Of a stretch of DNA of 64,000 nt, positions 56,633 to 64,000 are shown piece after piece. The position numbers were made by a program, and so were the translations under genes. The notes beneath the pieces are model-generated. The model ran no database searches, was not told where the DNA came from, and was given only the letters and a program-made list of their open reading frames with translations. The stretch comes from an uncultured Gammaproteobacteria bacterium (lineage in GTDB: Bacteria; Patescibacteriota; Microgenomatia; Levybacterales; UBA12049). Every line of letters starts with the position of its first letter. The first letter of the stretch is position 1. The DNA lies in contig CAZIDK010000002.1 of assembly GCA_964537895.1 (NCBI GenBank), positions 82,684 to 146,683 of the forward strand. Direction: 5' to 3'.

Positions 56633-58474
56633 ATGCTAAACGCACAAATAACCAGCCTGCCTTCAAATATTCTAAACAATATAAATTATCTAAAACAAGA
56701 CTATCTGGGATTAAATCCAAATTTTGATTTTTTAGTTAATTTTACTTTTGGTTTTATCATATCAATTTCCTTTTTAATTATTTCCCTTTTAATAGGACAA
56801 AAAATCAGGAGTTTGTTTTTTATAAATGCTGATCTTAAGGATATTAATTATTTAGTTGATATTGCCCTCGGAACAATAGCAATCGGAACCGGAGTGGCTT
56901 TGTTGGGATTTTTCTCTCTATTGAATACACCCGCACTCTTATCCTATCTAATATTGTTGGTGATAATTTCATTTTATAGATTTAAACCTGCTTACTTAAA
57001 AAACGTAAAGAAAAGTTTATTGCTTAACTTAAGATTATTAAAAAAGAATAAATTCGTTTTTTTATGGATAACGCTTTTTATAATCCTTGCTCTTGTTAAT
57101 TTAATCAATCCGGAAGCAAGAGAAGACCAGTACCACGTAGATTTGCCAAAAATGTATCTTGCAAAGCAGAGCATTATGATACCACCCAGGGAGCAAATAC
57201 AAGTTTCCGCAAGCCCGCTTTTATCAGAAATGTCCTATTTAATGGGTGTTTTCTTATGGTCCGGAGAGTCTGCTAGATATATACATTTTTTGTTTTATTT
57301 ACTGGCAATACTGACTTTGTTTGAATTCTCCAAAATCAAAGGATACAAATTTGCTGTCTATGCCCCTTTATTATTCGCTACGGCACCCGTAGTTATACAT
57401 GAAGCATCATCTATGTATGTAGACTTTCAATGGATATTTTATTTTTTATTGTCTATTTTTATTATTACTTTTAACAAAAAGCTCAATTATTCAAATTTAG
57501 CTTTGGCGGGATTATTTTTGGGAGGAATGGTAGCAACAAAACTTTGGACAATTGTATTTATTCCTATTTCCGTTTTGTATTTAATAATTTTGTTAAAAAA
57601 TAATAGTGTTAATAAAATATTAAAAAGTTGCTTTGTATACGTAGCTATGACTCTATCCGTGTCGTTGATATGGTTTTTAAGAGCTTTTCTCTTAACAGGA
57701 AATCCGTTGTACCCGGCCTTTGACAATTCATCAGGCATCTCAATATCGCTATCTTCTGTTATCGGATTTAATTACCCCCTTTTAAATCCGATATCTTATA
57801 TAAATGTTTTTAGTCCTTTATTTTTTATCGGAAGCATCTTTCTTTTGTATCGGCTTAGGAGTAATATAAAAATCTTTTGGAATAACAAACTGTTTATTTT
57901 TTTCTTACTGTTGCTTGCATTATATTTATCAATACATTATCCGTTTGGAAGATATCTCCTTGGGCTTTATGTATTTTTTATAATTTTTGCTTCCATGGGA
58001 ATATATAGACTAATAAATATTTCCCGGCTTTCAAGGATTTTTTTGAATATTCTCCTTCTTCTTTTATTCTTGTACTACCTTATTAACTCCCTTCTTGTTT
58101 TACCCTATTCGCTGGAACTTGCCGATAAAAACAGACATTTGACCAGAATTCTTTCAAGAGACAATTCCAGCTATTACGATTTTAACAGACAATTTAATAA
58201 ACATATTTCTAGAAACGACTACGTAGCTACATACGGAATATTCGGCTATTATTACGCAAACTTTCGTTATATTGATTTTAATTTTATCTTTGATAGCAAG
58301 AACAGATCGTTTGATTTATATAAAAAAAGCGGAGTGACAAAATTATTTATCAAGGGTGGCGATATAAACTGGTTTTGTCTAAAAGAAAACATAAACGATT
58401 GCGATAAGTCTAAATACTCGTATGTTTCAACATATATGGGTACCCAACCGTATTATCTTTATAATATAAAATAG
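56633..58474 (+). CDS. GT-C fold membrane protein, paralog of 42596-44245
   Basis: D.YH.DLPK.YL, TGNPLYP, GRYLL. Confidence 0.72.
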   Translation: MLNAQITSLPSNILNNINYLKQDYLGLNPNFDFLVNFTFGFIISISFLIISLLIGQKIRSLFFINADLKDINYLVDIALGTIAIGTGVALLGFFSLLNTPALLSYLILLVIISFYRFKPAYLKNVKKSLLLNLRLLKKNKFVFLWITLFIILALVNLINPEAREDQYHVDLPKMYLAKQSIMIPPREQIQVSASPLLSEMSYLMGVFLWSGESARYIHFLFYLLAILTLFEFSKIKGYKFAVYAPLLFATAPVVIHEASSMYVDFQWIFYFLLSIFIITFNKKLNYSNLALAGLFLGGMVATKLWTIVFIPISVLYLIILLKNNSVNKILKSCFVYVAMTLSVSLIWFLRAFLLTGNPLYPAFDNSSGISISLSSVIGFNYPLLNPISYINVFSPLFFIGSIFLLYRLRSNIKIFWNNKLFIFFLLLLALYLSIHYPFGRYLLGLYVFFIIFASMGIYRLINISRLSRIFLNILLLLLFLYYLINSLLVLPYSLELADKNRHLTRILSRDNSSYYDFNRQFNKHISRNDYVATYGIFGYYYANFRYIDFNFIFDSKNRSFDLYKKSGVTKLFIKGGDINWFCLKENINDCDKSKYSYVSTYMGTQPYYLYNIK

Positions 58475-58478
58475 CTAT

Positions 58479-60317
58479 ATGTTAGATCCCTACAGAATGG
58501 TTCTTGTTAATATAATTGCTTCTGCTTTAGTTTTAGCAGGAACTCTTTTTTATAGATATATTTATCCAAAAAAGAAAATTAATTTATTTGTTTTGCTTCT
58601 TATTATTTCTATCCTACCGATAATAAGTATCTTTAGAACGGGTGCTTACGAAAGCGGAGACTTTAACATTCATATCTATAGAATAATGTCTTTTTATGAT
58701 TCCTTAAAAGAAGGTATTCTTATGCCTTCCTGGGCAGCTGAGCTCAATGCCACATACGGTAACCCACTATTTATCTTTAATTACCCTCTTCCCTACTACG
58801 TTATTTCTTTTCTTCATTTTCTAGGACTTAGTTTTATTTCAAGTATGAAATTATATCTGGGCCTTACTCTGTACCTGTCTGGAATTTTCATGTATCTACT
58901 TTTTAAAGAGCTTTCAAATAATAAGCTTGCAGCTTTTACGGCGGCAATATTCTATATTTTTAATCCATATCATTTAATAGACGTCCACTTTAGAGCAACA
59001 TTGGGAGAGTCTACTATCTTTACTCTTGTTCCATTATTATTTTTGTTTATCGTCAAATATTTAAAAGAGGACAAAAAGATATACCTTGTTTTAATTATTT
59101 TCTTCACTGACTTGCTCTTTCTTGCCCATCCGCTTTTAGCCGGAGTTTTCTTAGGGATAGCTGTACTATACGTTATATTATTTGCCAAAAATACAAGAAG
59201 AATATTGTCTTCAATAGCTTCGCTTTTAATTGGGGCTTTTTCTTCTATTTATACTTGGAGTCCTTTCTATCTATATTCACAATATATGTTTAAATTTAAT
59301 GAGCCGTCTGTCAGAGACATTTCCTTTTATCCCTTCTACGAATTATTTGTTTCTCCTTGGAGATTTGGATTTCTGTTTCAGGGTCCAAAAGGAGAATTAG
59401 CCCAAATAATAGGATATACACAAATCCTCGTGGTTCTTCTATCGATAACACTGATTGTATTTAAGAAAATTCAGGAAAAGATAAAAAAAGAATATATCTT
59501 CTGGTTATCCTTATTTTTCCTTACTCTCTTCATGATGAATCCTGGCTCAAACTTTTTTTGGAGATACATGCCTAATATTGGTTCTATGTTAAATTTGTAC
59601 GGCAGACTATCTCTTGTCTTAAGCTTCGGCACTTCTGTAATTGCCGGATACTTTATTCTTTCTTTTCCTTTAAGAAAAAGGCCAATGTTTATATACTTAC
59701 TAATTTTAATAACCATATCATACACAATATTAAACTGGGGACATCGAAGGGTAATACCGGAAATTAACGACGCTGTGCTTAGAAAGAACGTTTGGATTAG
59801 CACTGCGGTGGCCGAGGGGACTACCGCTTATTTTTTAAACACTAAATGGGCGGATATTAACAATTTTTGGTTTTCAAAACGTCCGGATAAACCACTAGAT
59901 GTTCTTAAAAGAAATGCGACTGTAAAACCAATTAAAAGAACTTCTATTTTACACACTTATGATGTTGATGCTAAAACGGCTTTAACTATTAGAGAAAACA
60001 CACTATATTTTCCCGGATGGACTTTAAAAAGCAACAATAAAATCGTAAATATATATCCGGGTGAAAGAGGAATAATCAATGCGTACCTGCCCGCCGGAAA
60101 ACAATACCTAACATTGTTTTATAAAGATATACCGGCTTATGCGCTTACAAAAACAATAAGCGGTATATCATTCTTAGTATTAATACTTATATTAGTCATT
60201 TATTATCTATTTTCTTTTTTGCCTATCCATAACATTTCTCCCGGTAAGCGTAAAACCCAACTTGGTTTAAGTATAAAAAAGGGAGCAAGCAATTTCATAA
60301 GCCCCGGACGGAAGTAA
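58479..60317 (+). CDS. GT-C-like membrane protein (PTPS-related/YfhO-like)
   Basis: P.W...LN..YG.PLF.FNYPLPYY, PYH..D...R..LGE, YFPGW. Confidence 0.75.
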   Translation: MLDPYRMVLVNIIASALVLAGTLFYRYIYPKKKINLFVLLLIISILPIISIFRTGAYESGDFNIHIYRIMSFYDSLKEGILMPSWAAELNATYGNPLFIFNYPLPYYVISFLHFLGLSFISSMKLYLGLTLYLSGIFMYLLFKELSNNKLAAFTAAIFYIFNPYHLIDVHFRATLGESTIFTLVPLLFLFIVKYLKEDKKIYLVLIIFFTDLLFLAHPLLAGVFLGIAVLYVILFAKNTRRILSSIASLLIGAFSSIYTWSPFYLYSQYMFKFNEPSVRDISFYPFYELFVSPWRFGFLFQGPKGELAQIIGYTQILVVLLSITLIVFKKIQEKIKKEYIFWLSLFFLTLFMMNPGSNFFWRYMPNIGSMLNLYGRLSLVLSFGTSVIAGYFILSFPLRKRPMFIYLLILITISYTILNWGHRRVIPEINDAVLRKNVWISTAVAEGTTAYFLNTKWADINNFWFSKRPDKPLDVLKRNATVKPIKRTSILHTYDVDAKTALTIRENTLYFPGWTLKSNNKIVNIYPGERGIINAYLPAGKQYLTLFYKDIPAYALTKTISGISFLVLILILVIYYLFSFLPIHNISPGKRKTQLGLSIKKGASNFISPGRK

Positions 60318-61096
60318 TATCTTCCTAAGTAATTATTCATAAGTTTTTGAGTAGCTACGAAAGGATAAGTATCAGTTTTTATATGCCTAATCCCGCATAA
60401 TTTCCCTAAAAGACTCAAGCTCTTCTCTGTGAAATACTGTATATGCTGCCCTTGCCAGTACCACCAGCGTCTTCCTAAAATCTTGCTTATAATTGAATCT
60501 ACGTCTCCGGTCCAAATCACGAGCACTCCTCCAGGCTTTAATAGTTTGTTTAAGTTATTCATTTCATCTAAGGGAAATTCAAAGTGCTCTATTACTCCAA
60601 ATAAGGTAATAATGTCATAATATTCAGGAAATTCCTTTACCAACGACTTCAAGGTTTTTCTATGAATTTTTATCCCCCTCTTTTTCGCTATTTCCGAAGA
60701 CCATTTTGACAACTCAAGACCCTCCACTGAAAAACCAAAATCTTTAGCAACTGTTAGGAATTCACCCGTTGCACAACCCACGTCTAATAATTTACCAGTA
60801 GGAACTAACTTTTTTATCAAGGGCATTATTATACCTGCAGATATCTTTGCAGAAATCTCATATTTAAGGTATTGCTCATCTACGACATCCTCATAGTTTT
60901 TGTAAATATTTGCTGGAATTGGAGAACAAAATACATGAGTACATTTATTGCATTTTAAAGACCTAAAGGTTTTATTAGAATCAGGAGTTTTTGTATAAGT
61001 AAAGGATAACTTACTTAATTCTATGTTTGCAGGGTAAAGTTCGACAACATCGGAAGAATTGCATATTGGACATTTGGCTAATTTCATAAAAAACAT
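60203..61096 (-). CDS. Class I SAM-dependent methyltransferase with N-terminal CxxC...CxxC
   Basis: CPIC...CNKC, LLDVGCATGEF, VIEH, LLKPGG, H.QYFT. Confidence 0.85.
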   Translation of the reverse strand: MFFMKLAKCPICNSSDVVELYPANIELSKLSFTYTKTPDSNKTFRSLKCNKCTHVFCSPIPANIYKNYEDVVDEQYLKYEISAKISAGIIMPLIKKLVPTGKLLDVGCATGEFLTVAKDFGFSVEGLELSKWSSEIAKKRGIKIHRKTLKSLVKEFPEYYDIITLFGVIEHFEFPLDEMNNLNKLLKPGGVLVIWTGDVDSIISKILGRRWWYWQGQHIQYFTEKSLSLLGKLCGIRHIKTDTYPFVATQKLMNNYLGRYYFRPGLMKLLAPFFILKPSWVLRLPGEMLWIGKKENR

Positions 61097-61123
61097 TTAT
61101 TGATTTTACCTTAAAATACTAAG

Positions 61124-62200
61124 CTATTCAATATTCCAAAGTTTTAAATAAAGATTAACCATATTATCCCACGTTTTATCTTTTACCCATTCATATCCTT
61201 TATTAATTTTTATATTTTTTGATGTAGTATCTGTTAAATATTTTTCTAATTCAGATAGAATTTCCGTATGGTCTTTAGATATCGAAATAAATTCGGAAAA
61301 TGGAGTAATTTTTAGATAATCTTTCTTAATATCATTGTTATAAACTGCTAGAACAAATTTTTTACTCATTAAAGATTCAAGTATTCCTAGGTATCTTGAT
61401 GTGAATACAAAAGATGTTCTATTGATATAAATGAGTACATTTTTTACGAATCCCTTAAATTCTGTGTTCAATTGATTTTGTGCGGCATACCTCTTAGCTT
61501 CGCCCATTTGGACACCATCACCAAGAACAACTAGTCTTAATCCTTTATGGCTTCTCCCTACTTCTTTAAATGCTTTAAGGTACTCCATTATCCCTGCCTC
61601 TTCTTCCAATCTTCCCAAAAAAACAACTAAGTTCTTGTCGTAATTTTTACCGTTTTTTTCTTTTTGAAAATCCACCGCTCCATATGTTACAAAGGTTGGT
61701 TTTGTGCCATACCATTTTTTAAGAAAGTCTCCAACGCAAATATTTCCATAAGATAATTTCTCCGAAAGCTTGTGCATAAAGATTGCTCTTTTATTTGGAA
61801 TATTATTTCCTTCATATCCATGAAAAGTTGTATAAACTTTTTTAAAAGGGAATAAAAATCTAAAAGGAAGATACCAGAAGAAAACGTCGTGGCAATGAAC
61901 CACATCCGCATTTCTAATCAAGCCTCTATGCTTCCAAAGCTCCTTCCAGAGCCTGAATTTCTTGAACCAATCGTCTTTTCCGAGGTTAATATTATAGGAC
62001 TCTAGGTTTTTGAGCTTCCCCACGAGCCTGGCACTAGAGGAACTTGACTGATAAGAATTATTATGGGACTCTGGGATATTTTCCGATATTACTATAACTC
62101 TATGCCCTTTTTCCGCCAATCTGGTACCAACCTCGTAAACATGCTTCTCCACCCCACCGATATGAGGGTAAAACAACCTTGATAAAAACAAAACCGTCAT
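61124..62200 (-). CDS. GT4 glycosyltransferase
   Basis: FYPHIGGVEKH, DVVHCHD, TFHG, FLGRL. Confidence 0.85.
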   Translation of the reverse strand: MTVLFLSRLFYPHIGGVEKHVYEVGTRLAEKGHRVIVISENIPESHNNSYQSSSSSARLVGKLKNLESYNINLGKDDWFKKFRLWKELWKHRGLIRNADVVHCHDVFFWYLPFRFLFPFKKVYTTFHGYEGNNIPNKRAIFMHKLSEKLSYGNICVGDFLKKWYGTKPTFVTYGAVDFQKEKNGKNYDKNLVVFLGRLEEEAGIMEYLKAFKEVGRSHKGLRLVVLGDGVQMGEAKRYAAQNQLNTEFKGFVKNVLIYINRTSFVFTSRYLGILESLMSKKFVLAVYNNDIKKDYLKITPFSEFISISKDHTEILSELEKYLTDTTSKNIKINKGYEWVKDKTWDNMVNLYLKLWNIE

Positions 62201-62253
62201 ATCTTTATTTAAAAGCTATTATACCACTGTTTGAGGTTGGAGATGCATTTGAC

Positions 62254-62886
62254 TTACCTTACGAATGTTTCAATTGAGCTTGAATCATTAATTGTTAAAG
62301 TCTGCGTGCAAGAATTATAATTACCGGTAATGATAACTGTAGAATTAGCAAATTTTACAACATCATCCTCTTCTGAATGAGGAATATAAATTGTCGTGTT
62401 ATCGTTTTTCACTAAAACCATTCTGTTTTTTATGTATTTTTGTGAAGGAGTCATAAGCTCAAGAATGTAAGATAAGAAAGGAACAGGTTTTGAATATATT
62501 TCTCTAGCATTTAAAATCTTAACCGTTCCTATCTGACTTTGCGTTCCTTTATCACAAATTATCTGTCCTCCTCCAAATATTCCAAATACCGATATAACCA
62601 AAACAACTCCGGCAATTCCTAAGCTTCCTTTTAAGGTAAAAGAAAATGCTTTTTGATTTTTAATTTCCTCCAGAAGCTTAACAATTCTCCCTAAAGGATT
62701 TCCAACTCTAATATCCAAGATATCATCTTGATCTTTATAATTACCCGTGTGGCTTAAAAGAAATTTTTCAAGCGGATTTTTCGCTGTTTTAATATCCGGT
62801 GGATTTATAAATTGGCCTTGCTCATCTCTTGGCTTACTTGAAGTTACTTCACTTTTTAATTTATCTGCTGGCTCTTGCTTGGGCAT
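62254..62886 (-). CDS. Hypothetical single-TM protein
   Basis: 210 aa ATG ORF with one TM and an OB-like beta C-terminus. Confidence 0.65.
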   Translation of the reverse strand: MPKQEPADKLKSEVTSSKPRDEQGQFINPPDIKTAKNPLEKFLLSHTGNYKDQDDILDIRVGNPLGRIVKLLEEIKNQKAFSFTLKGSLGIAGVVLVISVFGIFGGGQIICDKGTQSQIGTVKILNAREIYSKPVPFLSYILELMTPSQKYIKNRMVLVKNDNTTIYIPHSEEDDVVKFANSTVIITGNYNSCTQTLTINDSSSIETFVR

Positions 62887-62991
62887 ATGTATTTATTATT
62901 ACTGCTAGATTCCTGGAAATGCAAGTGTCAATAATACAGATTGCGCGGCATGACTTACTCGCTATAAATTGTCGGATAGTTTTTTAAAGTT

Positions 62992-64000
62992 TTAAATAAT
63001 TTGAACTCTTGAGTTAATAATACTAATGTAATCTTCTTTTAGTTTTTCCTTTATTTCATCTATTTTATAATATTTCTGAGCCATTTCCTTTTGTCTTTTT
63101 AAGTTAAACTCCCCATTCTTATTTATGGGGATTTCCATATATATTTCGCTCATTCTCTCTATGCCTAATCTTTTATTTGCTCCTTCACCAAGAGTTCTGC
63201 TTGGTAATACCTGTCCTAAAATAAAACACGAATATTCAAAGTCGATTTTACCTTTATACATTTGCCGTAATTCTAAAATCCCTGCGTGTGTAGTAATTGA
63301 AAATTTTCCATTTCTATAAAAGACTGTTCCTGCATGAACACCATCAGTCGTCCAACTTAGACATTCTTTTTCATAATCGAAAGTATCAATTTTTCCAATC
63401 TCGCCAAAATTAACAGTTTGAGATGAATATAGTGGATATTCTCCTTTGTGTTCATGTATATACTTTTTTGTGTAAGTTGAGTTTCCTTTTTTAGGGGAAA
63501 ATATCCTAGTTACTGGAACTAGTTTTGTTTCATACTTGCTACTTATGTCAACTCTTGATTTGATTAAACTATTGAAAACACTACTAAGCTCAAGCTTTAA
63601 GTTTTGGATTTCAAGATATTTTTTAGCAAGCTCTCTCTGTTTTTTCAGATCAAATGCGCCATTATTGTTAACTGGAATTAAAATTTGTACATCTTTTATT
63701 TTATCAACACCACATTTGTGAAGGTATGAAAAACCACATAAAAATAATTGCCTCTCAATTTCAAATTTAAGGTATAACTTATCCAATTTATCATAATACT
63801 TCTGTTTTATTATTAACGCCCTATGATCTTCATTGGTAGTGAATTTGTGGTCTCTTATAAAGACGTACCCAACTGAACCGTTCCTGTTCCAGCTTAAACA
63901 GTTCTCATAGTATTTAACTCCTTTTAGGTTGTTTTGTATAAATCCAAGTGTAGATTTTTCATCTCTTGATGATGCATAAACAGGAATAGATCCCTTATTT
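62992..64000 (-). CDS. Restriction-modification specificity (S) subunit, 5' truncated by window end
   Basis: Frame open to the edge; two TRD-like repeats (GSIPVYAS...CLSWNRNG and GEYPLYSS...CLSWTTDG), each followed by IP...G.F.L..Q.E.A. Confidence 0.75.
   Translation of the reverse strand, partial: NKGSIPVYASSRDEKSTLGFIQNNLKGVKYYENCLSWNRNGSVGYVFIRDHKFTTNEDHRALIIKQKYYDKLDKLYLKFEIERQLFLCGFSYLHKCGVDKIKDVQILIPVNNNGAFDLKKQRELAKKYLEIQNLKLELSSVFNSLIKSRVDISSKYETKLVPVTRIFSPKKGNSTYTKKYIHEHKGEYPLYSSQTVNFGEIGKIDTFDYEKECLSWTTDGVHAGTVFYRNGKFSITTHAGILELRQMYKGKIDFEYSCFILGQVLPSRTLGEGANKRLGIERMSEIYMEIPINKNGEFNLKRQKEMAQKYYKIDEIKEKLKEDYISIINSRVQII

Noticed and set aside
60203-60317. 115-bp convergent overlap of two genes
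   Set aside because: Most simply a stop-codon loss extending the membrane protein's tail; no evidence of function.

Overview
AT-rich bacterial chromosome segment in standard code (TGA/TAG/TAA all act as stops). Gene content and protein style suggest Patescibacteria/CPR, probably Microgenomates (inference). It holds housekeeping clusters (holA, PMM/cupin GPI/ppsA/eno, rsmI, lexA-uvrB, rplS, pyrG, polX, lemA-htpX, murT-gatD-gatCAB, a GGDEF cyclase, dnaE, the full F0F1 ATP synthase operon), four intact tRNAs (Glu, Gly, Asp, Thr), a ~21 kb surface-glycosylation locus rich in GT-C and GT2/GT-C fusion proteins, and a restriction S subunit cut by the right edge. The most striking non-coding structure is a 'Russian-doll' tRNA-Thr(CGT) locus (40283-40683). 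One intact tRNA is nested inside two 5' halves and two 3' halves of other tRNA-Thr alleles, all broken at the same anticodon bond (CG|T) and joined by TCCC...GGGA inverted-repeat elements. Related short palindromes and 7-bp arrays are inserted in frame in uvrB, pyrG, polX, gatD, gatA and gatB, and are nested in each other in intergenic spacers, which suggests one active, self-nesting palindrome-insertion process. Other candidates are hairpins at the stoichiometric step-downs of the atp operon, a leader-peptide attenuator, a three-GCAA-tetraloop small RNA and pervasive leaderless genes. All product calls come from motif recognition by eye; no searches were run.
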